64,000 bases of DNA from contig JAFATB010000005.1 in NCBI GenBank assembly GCA_019244185.1, forward strand, positions 32,001-96,000, in the 5' to 3' direction. The position numbers and the translations under genes are program-made. The stretch is from Acidobacteriota bacterium (GTDB lineage: Bacteria; Acidobacteriota; Thermoanaerobaculia; Gp7-AA8). A model generated the notes under the pieces. The model searched no databases, was not told where the DNA came from, and worked only from the letters and a program-made list of their open reading frames with translations. Below are positions 27,825 through 37,632 of this stretch, in pieces (the first letter of the stretch is position 1; every line of letters begins with the position of its first letter).

Positions 27825-29431
27825 CACATCCTGAAGACGCCGAAGCGCGGCTCCGCCATGCGCGCGTTGTACGCGATCGACAGACCCAGGCCGAGGTAGA
27901 CGCGCGTGTCGGCGGGATCGATCACGCCGTCGTCCCACAGGCGCGCGGTCGAGTAGTACGGGCTGCCTTCCGCCTCGTATTTCGCGAGCACCGGATCGGC
28001 GATGGCGCGCTCCTCTTCCTGCGAGAGCTCCTGCCCCGCGCGCGCGAGCTGATCGCGTTTGACAGTCGTCAGCACGCCCGCGGCCTGCTCGCCGCCCATC
28101 ACGCTGATCCGCGCGTTCGGCCACATCCACAGAAAGCGCGGCGAATACGCACGGCCGCACATGCCGTAGTTCCCGGCGCCGAACGAGCCGCCGATGATCA
28201 CCGTGAACTTCGGAACGGTCGAGTTGGCGACGGCGTGCACCATCTTCGCGCCGTCCTTCGCGATGCCGCCGCGCTCGTACTGCTTCCCCACCATGAAGCC
28301 GGTGATGTTCTGCAGGAAGATCAGCGGAATGCGCCGCTGGTTGCACAGCTCGATGAAGTGCGTGGCCTTGAGCGCGCTCTCCGAGAACAGCACGCCGTTG
28401 TTCGCGAGGATGCCCACCTTGTATCCGAAGATCCGCGCGAATCCCGTGACGAGCGTCGTCGCGTAGCGCTCCTTGAATTCCTGGAAGCGCGAGCCGTCGA
28501 CGATGCGCGCGATCACCTCGCGCACGTCGTACGGCTTGCGCAGGTCGCGCGGAATGACGCCGTACAGTTCTTTCGGATCGTAGAGCGGATCCTCGGATGC
28601 AACGCGCGTCGGCGGCTCCTGCTTCTCGAAGCGCAGGTTCTCGACGATGTTGCGCACGATGGCGATCGCGTGGTGATCGTCTTCCGCGAAGTGATCCGCG
28701 ACGCCGCTGATTCTCGTGTGCACGTCCGCGCCGCCGAGCTCCTCGGCCGTCACTTCTTCCCCCGTCGCCGCCTTCACGAGCGGCGGTCCGCCGAGGAAGA
28801 TCGTGCCGGTGTTCTTCACGATCACGGCTTCGTCCGACATCGCGGGCACGTATGCGCCGCCCGCGGTGCACGAGCCCATCACCGCGGAGATCTGCGGGAT
28901 CTCCTGCGCCGACATGACGGCCTGGTTGTAGAAGATGCGGCCGAAGTGCTCGCGGTCGGGGAAGACGTCCGCCTGCAGCGGCAGGAACGCGCCGCCGGAA
29001 TCGACGAGGTAGATGCACGGCAGCTGGTTCTGCAGCGCGATCTCCTGCGCGCGCAGATGCTTCTTCACGGTCATCGGAAAGTACGTCCCGCCTTTGACCG
29101 TGGCGTCGTTCGCGATGATGAGGCACTCGCGGCCGTGGATGCGGCCGACGCCGGCGATCATGCCCGCGGCCGGCGCCTCGTCGTCGTACATGCCGTTCGC
29201 GGCGAGCGGCGCGAGCTCGAGGAACGGCGTGTCGGGATCGAGCAGTTCCGCGATGCGTTCGCGGGGCGGCACCTTGCCTTGTTCGCGATGACGCGCGAGG
29301 TATTTCGGTCCGCCGCCCTGACGCGCGGCGGCGATTCGCTGGTTGAGTTCATCGACGAGACCCTGCATGCGCTCCGCGTTCGCGCGGAAGTCGTCGGAGG
29401 CAGGATCGAGATGGGTATCGAGCGCTTCCAT
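27824..29431 (-). CDS. methylcrotonyl-CoA carboxylase-like carboxyltransferase subunit
   Basis: [38 protein letters not shown]. Confidence 0.93.
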   Translation of the reverse strand: MEALDTHLDPASDDFRANAERMQGLVDELNQRIAAARQGGGPKYLARHREQGKVPPRERIAELLDPDTPFLELAPLAANGMYDDEAPAAGMIAGVGRIHGRECLIIANDATVKGGTYFPMTVKKHLRAQEIALQNQLPCIYLVDSGGAFLPLQADVFPDREHFGRIFYNQAVMSAQEIPQISAVMGSCTAGGAYVPAMSDEAVIVKNTGTIFLGGPPLVKAATGEEVTAEELGGADVHTRISGVADHFAEDDHHAIAIVRNIVENLRFEKQEPPTRVASEDPLYDPKELYGVIPRDLRKPYDVREVIARIVDGSRFQEFKERYATTLVTGFARIFGYKVGILANNGVLFSESALKATHFIELCNQRRIPLIFLQNITGFMVGKQYERGGIAKDGAKMVHAVANSTVPKFTVIIGGSFGAGNYGMCGRAYSPRFLWMWPNARISVMGGEQAAGVLTTVKRDQLARAGQELSQEEERAIADPVLAKYEAEGSPYYSTARLWDDGVIDPADTRVYLGLGLSIAYNARMAEPRFGVFRM

Positions 29432-29446
29432 GAGCGCCGAAGGCTA

Positions 29447-30079
29447 TCAGAACGCGGCGAGCCTGCGCGCGAGGAGCACGAGCTCTTCGCGCGACAACGC
29501 GTGCGCGGATCGCCCGAGCGCTTTCGCGAAGCGCACGTCGCGGCCTTCGAGGCGCGCGAGCTCGTCGTCGTGCGTCTCGGCCACGCGATCGACGAGTCGC
29601 ATCTGCACCGCGTCGTCCGCGGACAGCACGCGGTTCGCGAGAAACAGCTGATGCGCCGCCGGACGCGACACGACTCCGCGCCAGCGCGAGGTGCCGCCAA
29701 AGCCGGTGACGATGCCGAGGCGCGCGCCGGGATGCGCGAACCGCGAGCGCGGCGTGGCGAAGCGGAGGTCGAACGCGAGCGTGAGGTCGAGCGCGCCGCC
29801 GAAGCAGTCGCCGTCGATGAGCGCGACCGTGAGATACGGCAGGCGCTCGATGGTGTCGAAGAGCTCCTGGCCGAGGCGCGCGAAGTCGTCCGCGTCGCGC
29901 GCGGTGAAGCGCTGCATCTCCGCCATGTCCGCGCCGGCGGCGAAGAGACTGGGGCGGCCGGAGCGGAAGACAAACAGCGTCGTGTCGTCGTCGTGCGGGA
30001 GCGCGTCGCGAATCCGACGCAGCGCCGCGCTCGACAGCAGGTTCATCCCGCCGTCGTCGAACACGAACTCGCGGCGCAT
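29447..30079 (-). CDS. enoyl-CoA hydratase/isomerase family protein
   Basis: FAAGADM, GDCFGGA, GFGGT crotonase motifs. Confidence 0.85.
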   Translation of the reverse strand: MRREFVFDDGGMNLLSSAALRRIRDALPHDDDTTLFVFRSGRPSLFAAGADMAEMQRFTARDADDFARLGQELFDTIERLPYLTVALIDGDCFGGALDLTLAFDLRFATPRSRFAHPGARLGIVTGFGGTSRWRGVVSRPAAHQLFLANRVLSADDAVQMRLVDRVAETHDDELARLEGRDVRFAKALGRSAHALSREELVLLARRLAAF

Positions 30080-30089
30080 CGGCGCGCGC

Positions 30090-30488
30090 TCAGCGCTGCA
30101 CGGCGTTGCGGATCGCGTCGACTGCCGCGGACGTCGGCGTGCCCGGCAGGAAGATCTCGCGGATGCCCATCGCCTTCAGCTTGGCTACGTCCTGCTCCGG
30201 GATGATGCCGCCGGCAACGACCACGATGTCGTCCGCATCGCCTTCCTTCAGCAGCCGCATGATCTCGGGGAAGAGCACGTTGTGCGCGCCCGACAGGATC
30301 GAGAGTCCGATCGCGTCGACGTCTTCCTGGATCGCGGCGGCGACGATCTGTTCGGGCGTCTGCCGCAGTCCGGTGTAGATCACTTCCATCCCCGCGTCGC
30401 GCAGCGCGCGCGCGATCACTTTTGCGCCGCGGTCGTGGCCGTCGAGGCCGGGCTTCGCGATCAGCACGCGGATTTTTCTGTCGCTCAT
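30090..30488 (-). CDS. cobalamin-binding subunit of acyl-CoA (methylmalonyl-CoA-type) mutase
   Basis: [10 protein letters not shown] (DxHxxG), SILSGAH, GGIIP. Confidence 0.93.
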   Translation of the reverse strand: MSDRKIRVLIAKPGLDGHDRGAKVIARALRDAGMEVIYTGLRQTPEQIVAAAIQEDVDAIGLSILSGAHNVLFPEIMRLLKEGDADDIVVVAGGIIPEQDVAKLKAMGIREIFLPGTPTSAAVDAIRNAVQR

Positions 30489-31024
30489 GAGCGTGTCTCC
30501 TCCGGCGCGCCGTCGCGGAAAATCGAGAGGATCACGATGTCGTGGTACGACCCCTCGCGATAGAACTCGCGCGCCAGACGGCCCTCCTGCACGAAGCCAT
30601 GCGTTTCGAGAATGTGCTTCGCGCGATCGTTGTAGTCGAAGATGTGGATGCGCAGCTTGCGCAGGTTCATCTCATCGAAGGCGAACCGCACCAGCGTGAC
30701 GATGGCGTCCGTGCCGAAGCCGCGGTTCCACGCGCTCGGCTCGCCGATGAAGAGGCCGAACTCGCCGGTGCGCGAGACCCAGTCGATGTCGTGGATCGAT
30801 GCGTTGCCGACGTGCGAGCGGTCGTCCTTCCGCTCGATGGCGAAGTGACGCTCGGAAGGACTCGGATGCATGGCGCGGTCGAGCCATTCGATCTCGTTCT
30901 GAAACGCGATCGGATAGCGCGACTTCAGCGTGCGCACGATGTTCGGATCGTTCATCCAGCGATAGCAGCGCTCCGCGTCCTCGCGCTCGAACGCGCGCAG
31001 GATCACGTGCTCGCCGGCGATCAT
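30485..31024 (-). CDS. GNAT N-acetyltransferase (RimJ/RimL-like)
   Basis: WNRGFG acetyl-CoA loop, GFVQEG. Alternative start at 31087. Confidence 0.88.
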   Translation of the reverse strand: MIAGEHVILRAFEREDAERCYRWMNDPNIVRTLKSRYPIAFQNEIEWLDRAMHPSPSERHFAIERKDDRSHVGNASIHDIDWVSRTGEFGLFIGEPSAWNRGFGTDAIVTLVRFAFDEMNLRKLRIHIFDYNDRAKHILETHGFVQEGRLAREFYREGSYHDIVILSIFRDGAPEETRS

Positions 31025-31136
31025 AAAGCGCCGTCGCGAGGTCTCGCGCGGCTCCGGCGCAAACGCGCGTTCCGTTCGGTCTGCCATCCGTCGGCGCGCG
31101 ATTATAGAGGCATCGATGCTGCAGCGAACGCGCGTC

Positions 31137-32000
31137 ATGACCACCCGCACCGCCGATGCTTCCGCCAGCGGCACGTTTTCCCTCGGCCACGACCTTCCCG
31201 TCCACCGTCTCGGCTTCGGCGCGATGCGCATCACCGGCGACGGCGTGTGGGGTCCGCCGAAAGACCGCGCGGAGGCGATCGCCGTGCTGCGCGCCGCCGT
31301 CGAGCACGGCGTCAACCTCATCGACACGGCCGAATCGTATGGACCGCATGTCAGCGAAGAGTTGATCGCCGAGGCGCTGCATCCGTATCCGCAAGGGCTC
31401 GTCATCGCGACGAAGGGCGGCTTCGACCGCTCCGGTCCCGGCAAGTGGGAAGCGAATGCACGACCGGAGCGGCTGCGCGAAGAGCTCGAAGGCAGCCTGC
31501 GCCGCCTGCGCGTCGACCGCATCGATCTCTGGCAATTGCACCGCATCGACAGCAAGGTTCCCGAGGACGAGCAGTTCGGCGCGATGCGCGAGTTCCAGCG
31601 CGAAGGCAAAGTGCGGCACGTCGGCTTGTCCGAGGTGAACGTCGAGCAGATCGAACGCGCGCGCAAGTTCGGACTCGACGTCGTGTCCGTGCAGAACCGC
31701 TACAACCTCGCCGACCGCGAGTGGGAAGATGTCGTCGACTACTGCGAGCGCGAGCACATCGGCTTCATCCCGTGGTACCCGCTCAACACCGGCAAGCTCG
31801 CGAAACCGGGCGACGCGCTCGCCGAAATCGCCAAAGCCCACGACGCCACCCCCGCCCAGATCGCCCTCGCCTGGCTGCTGCGTCGCGCGAAAGCCATGTT
31901 GCCGATCCCGGGGACATCGCGCGTCAAGCATCTCGAGGAGAACATGGTCGCGGCGTCGATCGAGTTGAGTGACGAGGAGTTCGCGAGGATCTCGAGCTAA
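31137..32000 (+). CDS. aldo/keto reductase
   Basis: [23 protein letters not shown]. Confidence 0.93.
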   Translation: MTTRTADASASGTFSLGHDLPVHRLGFGAMRITGDGVWGPPKDRAEAIAVLRAAVEHGVNLIDTAESYGPHVSEELIAEALHPYPQGLVIATKGGFDRSGPGKWEANARPERLREELEGSLRRLRVDRIDLWQLHRIDSKVPEDEQFGAMREFQREGKVRHVGLSEVNVEQIERARKFGLDVVSVQNRYNLADREWEDVVDYCEREHIGFIPWYPLNTGKLAKPGDALAEIAKAHDATPAQIALAWLLRRAKAMLPIPGTSRVKHLEENMVAASIELSDEEFARISS

Positions 32001-32036
32001 CGCAACCGAAACGCGCCTCCTCCGTATACTCCCCGC

Positions 32037-34055
32037 ATGCGATTCGTGCGTCTCGCCCTGCTACTGCTTTCCGCCGCCTCACTCTTCGCCCAGTCCGCTC
32101 CCCAGCATGGTCCTGTCATCGCCGACATGGACAAAAGCGTCGACGCCTGTACGAACTTCTACGACTACGCCAACGGCGCCTGGCGCGCGGCGAATCCGAT
32201 TCCCGCGTCCATGGAGCGCTGGAGCCGCCGCTGGGCGGCGGGCGAACAGAACAAGGATCAGCTGAAGACGATCCTCGAGGAGACCTCGCAGCGGCACGAC
32301 TGGGCGGCGAACAGCGTCGAGCAGCAGATCTCCGACTTCTACGGCTCGTGCATGGACGAGAAGCGGATCAACGCCGCCGGCGCGAAGCCGCTCGCGCCGA
32401 TCTTCGCCGAGATCGACGCGATCCACGACAGCGCATCGCTGCAGAAGACCATCACGCACCTGCACGATCTCAACGTCTTCACGCCGTTCGGCTCGACCTC
32501 GTCTCCCGACAACCACAATCCCACCGACGTCGTCGGCCGCATCTTCGCCTCCGGCCTCGGCATGCCCGACCGCGACTACTACCTCAAAACCGAGAAGCGC
32601 TTCGTCGAGGCGCGCGCGAAGTACCGCGAGCATCTCGTGAAGATGTTCCAGCTCGCCGGCTACAGCAAGGACGCCGCGAAGAAAGCGAGCGACACGGTCT
32701 TCGCGTTCGAGACGCGTCTCGCGAAGTCGCACCTCGACAACGTGCAGCTCCGCGATCCCGCGGCCACCGATCACAAGTACATGGTCAAGACCCTCCAGGT
32801 CATGACCCCGCACTTCAACTGGAACCAGTATCTGCAGCGCACCGGCATCAACGTCACCGAGCTGGCCGTCGATCAGCCGCTGTTCATGGAAGCCGTCGAG
32901 CACGAGCTCGTGGCCACGCCGCTCAGCGACTGGCGCACGTACCTCAAGTGGAGCGTGCTCAACACCGCCGCGCCGTTCCTCTCCGACAAATTCGTCAAGC
33001 AGGACTTCGAGTTCTATCAGGCCTATCTCCGCGGCGCGAAAGAGATGAAGCCGCGCTGGAAGCGCTGCGTCGAAGCGGAGGACAACCTCCTCGGCGAGGC
33101 GCTCGGCCGCAAGTACGTCGAGCGTTACTTCCCGCCGGAAGCCAAAGCCAGAATGCAGGAGATGGTGAAGAATCTCCTTTCGGCGATGGGCGACACCATC
33201 CGCGGCCTCGACTGGATGACGCCCGCCACGAAGCAGCGCGCTCTCGAGAAGCTGGCCACGTTCAATCCGAAGGTCGGCTATCCCGACAAGTGGAAGGACT
33301 ACAGCAGCGTCCACATCACGCCCGACTCCTACTTCGCGAACGTCCTCGAAGGCATCCGCTACGGCATCGCCGACGACCGCTCGCAGATCGGCAAGCCGGT
33401 CGACCGCGGACGCTGGGGCATGACGCCGCCGACCTCCGACGCGTACTACAACCCGCTCCTCAACGAGATCGTCTTCCCCGCCGGCATCCTCCAGCCGCCG
33501 GCGTTCGACGTGAACGCGGTTGACGCCGTCAACTACGGCGCCATCGGCGTCGTCATCGGCCACGAGATCAGCCACGGCTTCGACGATCAGGGCGCGCAGT
33601 ACGACGCGCAGGGACGACTCAACAACTGGTGGACGCCCGAGGACCTGAAGGCGTTCCAGGCGCGCACCGCGTGCGTGGTCGATCAGTTCGAGAACTACTT
33701 CATCGAGCCGGGCATCCATCACAACGGCAAGCTCGTTCTCGGCGAGTCGATCGGCGACCTCGGCGGCGCGAAGATCGCGCACCTCGCCTTCCAGAAAGCG
33801 CAGCAGCAACACCCCGCGCCGACGCTCGACGGCTTCACGCCGGAGCAGCAGTTCTTCATCGCCTGGGGCCAGTTCCGCGGCGACGCCACGCGTCCCGAGA
33901 CGATGCGCATGATGGTGCAGGGCGACCCGCATCCGATCGCGAAGTACCGCGTCATCGGACCGCTGTCGAACCTCCCCGCGTTCGCGCAGGCATTCGGCTG
34001 CGCGGCGGACTCCGCGATGGTGCGTCCGGCCGCGAAACGCTGCGAGGTCTGGTAG
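32037..34055 (+). CDS. M13 family metallopeptidase, secreted
   Basis: Signal peptide; HEISHGFDDQG (HExxH), GESIGD, FPAGILQPP. Confidence 0.95.
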   Translation: MRFVRLALLLLSAASLFAQSAPQHGPVIADMDKSVDACTNFYDYANGAWRAANPIPASMERWSRRWAAGEQNKDQLKTILEETSQRHDWAANSVEQQISDFYGSCMDEKRINAAGAKPLAPIFAEIDAIHDSASLQKTITHLHDLNVFTPFGSTSSPDNHNPTDVVGRIFASGLGMPDRDYYLKTEKRFVEARAKYREHLVKMFQLAGYSKDAAKKASDTVFAFETRLAKSHLDNVQLRDPAATDHKYMVKTLQVMTPHFNWNQYLQRTGINVTELAVDQPLFMEAVEHELVATPLSDWRTYLKWSVLNTAAPFLSDKFVKQDFEFYQAYLRGAKEMKPRWKRCVEAEDNLLGEALGRKYVERYFPPEAKARMQEMVKNLLSAMGDTIRGLDWMTPATKQRALEKLATFNPKVGYPDKWKDYSSVHITPDSYFANVLEGIRYGIADDRSQIGKPVDRGRWGMTPPTSDAYYNPLLNEIVFPAGILQPPAFDVNAVDAVNYGAIGVVIGHEISHGFDDQGAQYDAQGRLNNWWTPEDLKAFQARTACVVDQFENYFIEPGIHHNGKLVLGESIGDLGGAKIAHLAFQKAQQQHPAPTLDGFTPEQQFFIAWGQFRGDATRPETMRMMVQGDPHPIAKYRVIGPLSNLPAFAQAFGCAADSAMVRPAAKRCEVW

Positions 34056-34621
34056 TGGATCCGCGCGCGACGGCGCTCGTCGTCATCGATCTGCAGCGCG
34101 GCGTGGTCGCACGACCCGCCGCGCCGCACGCGTCGAGCGACGTCGTCGCGCGCGCCGTGCGGCTCGTCCACGCGTTCCGTCGCGCCGGCGCGATGATCGT
34201 GTTCGTGCACGTCGGCTTCTCCGCCGACGATCGCGATCGCCTGAAACCGCACGCCGATCAGCCCGCGGTGCCGGCCGCGCAGATGCCGCCGGATTTCGCG
34301 GAGTTCGTCGACGAACTGCCGATCGCCGACGGCGACCTGCGCATCCGCAAGCGTCAATGGGGCGCGTTCTACGGCACCGAGCTCGATCTGCAGCTGCGCC
34401 GCCGCGGCGTCACGACGCTCGTCTACACCGGCATCGCCACGAACTTCGGCATCGAGTCGACCGCGCGCGATGCGTACGAGCGCGGCTACGAGCAGCTCTT
34501 CGTCGAGGACGCGATGTCGGGACTGACGGCCGAGGCGCACCAGTTCGCGGTGTCGACCATCTTTCCGAGGATGGGCCGCGTCGTCTCGACGGACGACGCG
34601 ATCGCGAAAATCGGCGGCTAA
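34055..34621 (+). CDS. isochorismatase family hydrolase
   Basis: ALVVIDLQ, KRQWGAF, GIATNFGIESTAR. Confidence 0.9.
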   Translation: MDPRATALVVIDLQRGVVARPAAPHASSDVVARAVRLVHAFRRAGAMIVFVHVGFSADDRDRLKPHADQPAVPAAQMPPDFAEFVDELPIADGDLRIRKRQWGAFYGTELDLQLRRRGVTTLVYTGIATNFGIESTARDAYERGYEQLFVEDAMSGLTAEAHQFAVSTIFPRMGRVVSTDDAIAKIGG

Positions 34622-35421
34622 CTGAGCGTCACGATTTCGAGGTGCTCGATCTCGTGCTCGAGGAACTCGCCGGCGATGCGGCGGAAACGCTCCTCGGCGT
34701 CGGTGACGAGGAACTGATGCGGCGGATCGCTCATCCCCGCTGACGCGCCGAGCGCGCGTCGCACCGTTTCAGCCGTCGTCTCCGCGCTGTCGACGATCGC
34801 CACCGCGCCGCCGACGACCTGCTCGATCGTGCCGCGCAGGATCGGGTAATGCGTGCAGCCGAGGACTAGCGTGTCGATGCCGGCGTCGATCAGCGGCTCG
34901 AGGTAGATCTCCGCGACTTCGCGCGCGACGTGCGTGTTCGCCCAACCTTCTTCCGCGAGCGGGACGAACAGCGGCGCCGCCGACTCGATGACTTCGACGT
35001 CGGGATCGATCGCACGGATCGCATGCGTGTACGCCTTCGCGCGCACGGTCCCCTCGGTGGCGATGACGCCGACGACACCGGAGGTGTGCTGCACCGCCGC
35101 GCGCGCGCCGGGCTCCACGACGCCGATCACGGGGATCGACAGCTCTTGTTGCAATGTCGGCAGCGCCGCGGCGGTGGCGGTGTTGCAGGCGATGACGAGC
35201 ATCTTCACGCCGCGCGCGACGAGATGCTGCGCGGCTTCGCGCGCGTAGCGCAAGACCGTCGCCGGCGACTTCGTCCCGTACGGCACGCGCGCGGAATCGC
35301 CGAGGTAGACGAGCGGCTCGCGCGGGAGCGCGCGTGCGATCTCGCGGAAGACCGTCAGTCCGCCGACGCCGGAGTCGAAGACGCCGATCGGACGCGCGCC
35401 GTTACTGGACTTCGGCTGCAT
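34618..35421 (-). CDS. murI: glutamate racemase
   Basis: FDSGVGG, ACNTA, LGCTHYP. Confidence 0.97.
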   Translation of the reverse strand: MQPKSSNGARPIGVFDSGVGGLTVFREIARALPREPLVYLGDSARVPYGTKSPATVLRYAREAAQHLVARGVKMLVIACNTATAAALPTLQQELSIPVIGVVEPGARAAVQHTSGVVGVIATEGTVRAKAYTHAIRAIDPDVEVIESAAPLFVPLAEEGWANTHVAREVAEIYLEPLIDAGIDTLVLGCTHYPILRGTIEQVVGGAVAIVDSAETTAETVRRALGASAGMSDPPHQFLVTDAEERFRRIAGEFLEHEIEHLEIVTLS

Positions 35422-36799
35422 CCCCGGGCGTCACTCCTGCTCCGGCCTCTCGTTTGATGTTGTACTGCTCGATCTTCTTGTAGAGATTCGACCGCGGCGT
35501 GTCGATCGCCTCGGCCGTCTTCGAGACGTTCCAGCCATGCTCGCGCAGCTTGGCGACGATGAACGCCTTCTCCGCCTCGTCCTTGAACTCCTGCAGCGTC
35601 GAGAGGCGCATCGCGGAGCTGATGATGTCCGTCGGCGTGCGGAAGAACTCCGCGGGCAGATCGGTCACGTCGATCGTCTCCGACGGCACCATGATCACCA
35701 GCCGCTCGATCATGTTGCGCAGCTCGCGCACGTTGCCGCGCCACGGCGCGTCCGCGAGCGCCTTCGCCGCCGCCGCCGTGAATTTCTTCGGGTGATAGTT
35801 GTGCTCCTCGGAGAAAAGTTTCGCGAAATGCTGCGCGAGCACCGGCACGTCGTCGCGCCGCTCGCGCAGCGGCGGCGTGCGCACCGGAATGACGTTCAGG
35901 CGGTAATAGAGATCTTCGCGGAAGCGTCCCGCGCGGATCTCTTCGGTGAGGTCCTTGTTCGTCGCCGCGATCACGCGCACGTCGACTTTGACCACCGTCG
36001 CCGAGCCGACCGGCTCGACTTCGCCTTCCTGCAAAACGCGCAAGACTTTCGCCTGCGTGCGCAGTGACATGTCGCCGATCTCGTCGAGGAAGATCGTGCC
36101 GCCGTCGGCCGCGACGAACTTGCCCGTCTGCTTGCGCACCGCGCCGGTGAACGATCCCTTTTCATGCCCGAAGAGCTCCGATTCGATCAGCTCCTCGGGG
36201 ATCGCCGCGCAGTTCACCTGAATGAACGGCATGTTCGCGCGCGACGAGCGGCGATGCACTTCGCGCGCGACGAGCTCCTTGCCGGTGCCGGATTCGCCGG
36301 TGATGAGCACGGTCGCTTTCGTCGGCGCCGCGCGCTCGATCTGCGACTTCAGCTCCGACATCAGCGATGAATTGCCGACGAGCTGATACTCCTTCTGCTG
36401 CTTCTCTTTGAGCTCGGTGTTTTCTTCTTCGAGCGAGCGCTGGCGCACCGCGTTGCGGACGGTGAGCAGCAGCTTGTCGCGGTTCAGCGGCTTCTCGAGG
36501 AAGTCGAACGCGCCGCGCTTCGTGCATTCGACGGCCGTGTGCACGTCGCCGTGGCCGGAGACCATGACCACGGGGATGTTGATGCGCTGCTCCTTGAGGT
36601 TCTCGAGGACCTCGATGCCGTCGAGCACCGGCATCTTGATGTCGAGCAGCATCGCGTCGTAGGGGACTTTCGAGGCTTTGTCGAGCCCCTCCTGCCCCGA
36701 ACGCGCCTCATCGATGCGATACCCCTCGTACTCCAGCGTCATCCGGATCGCTTCCCGGATGCCGGTCTCATCATCGACGACCAAAATGCGGTACGCCAT
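35402..36799 (-). CDS. sigma-54-dependent response regulator (NtrC/NtrX family)
   Basis: REC (DDE...LDIKMP), GESGTGKE, GSFTGA, FLDEIG and C-terminal HTH. Confidence 0.93.
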   Translation of the reverse strand: MAYRILVVDDETGIREAIRMTLEYEGYRIDEARSGQEGLDKASKVPYDAMLLDIKMPVLDGIEVLENLKEQRINIPVVMVSGHGDVHTAVECTKRGAFDFLEKPLNRDKLLLTVRNAVRQRSLEEENTELKEKQQKEYQLVGNSSLMSELKSQIERAAPTKATVLITGESGTGKELVAREVHRRSSRANMPFIQVNCAAIPEELIESELFGHEKGSFTGAVRKQTGKFVAADGGTIFLDEIGDMSLRTQAKVLRVLQEGEVEPVGSATVVKVDVRVIAATNKDLTEEIRAGRFREDLYYRLNVIPVRTPPLRERRDDVPVLAQHFAKLFSEEHNYHPKKFTAAAAKALADAPWRGNVRELRNMIERLVIMVPSETIDVTDLPAEFFRTPTDIISSAMRLSTLQEFKDEAEKAFIVAKLREHGWNVSKTAEAIDTPRSNLYKKIEQYNIKREAGAGVTPGDAAEVQ

Positions 36800-36876
36800 A
36801 AACCTCGCTTTCACTGCATGAGTTCGGCCAGCTGGGGGTGATTGTACGTGGGACGGCCGAGGTAGACTCGGGTGCG

Positions 36877-37419
36877 ATGCAGTTCGACGAGGTGCTGCGG
36901 ACGTTCAGCGGGTTCTTTGAGAGAGAAGGGATTCGCTACGCGGTGATCGGAGCGTTGGCGATGCAGGCGTGGGGACAGACGCGGCTGACGAAGGACGTCG
37001 ACTTCGTCGTCGATCTCGCCGCGCGCGACCGCGTGATCGCGTACGCGGAGTCGATCGGCTACGAGACCCTGCACGTGAGCGACGGCTATTCGAATCATCT
37101 GCATCACGACGAAGGCTTCGGACGCGTCGACGTCATGTACGTCAGCGGCACGACGGCGGACACGATCTTCGGCGCCGTCGTACGCAAGCCAATCGTCGGC
37201 GAGCAGACGCTGCCGGTGCCGAGCGCCGCGCATCTCGCGATGATGAAGGGACTGTTCATGAAGAATGTCCCGCGACGCGAGTTCGCCGATGGCGACGACG
37301 TTTGCGTGCTGCTGAACGTGCCCGGCGTCGATCGCGCTGCCGTACGGAGCTACTTCGCGCGGCATGGCTTATCGAGGCAATACGATGGAATCGAAAAAGC
37401 CAGTCGAACCGCTCGATGA
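36877..37419 (+). CDS. nucleotidyltransferase (DUF6036/AbiEii/MenT1-like)
   Basis: YAVIGALA...GQTRLTKDVDF, HLAMMK, DGDD. TAGACT lies 8 nt upstream. Confidence 0.8.
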   Translation: MQFDEVLRTFSGFFEREGIRYAVIGALAMQAWGQTRLTKDVDFVVDLAARDRVIAYAESIGYETLHVSDGYSNHLHHDEGFGRVDVMYVSGTTADTIFGAVVRKPIVGEQTLPVPSAAHLAMMKGLFMKNVPRREFADGDDVCVLLNVPGVDRAAVRSYFARHGLSRQYDGIEKASRTAR

Positions 37420-37591
37420 GCTTGAGTTCGACGTGCCCACCACGCCGGAAGACAACGAGATGCTGTGGCGCGTGCGCGAGCTCAACACGATGACTCCCCA
37501 GCAGTACCTCGCCTTCCTCCTCGAGCTCACCAAGGGCCTCCCCCAATCCCGCGAAACCAACCGCGACACCGACGAGCCCTTTACGCTGTAG
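37385..37591 (+). CDS. small acidic protein (68 aa), putative antitoxin partner of upstream NTase
   Basis: GAGG SD-like sequence before the ATG; contains MTPQQYLAFLLEL; 35-bp overlap with the NTase gene. Confidence 0.65.
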   Translation: MESKKPVEPLDELEFDVPTTPEDNEMLWRVRELNTMTPQQYLAFLLELTKGLPQSRETNRDTDEPFTL

Positions 37592-37632
37592 CGACTTCTT
37601 TGCGGATGTCCGCGCGCTAGAATGCGCGCGCC

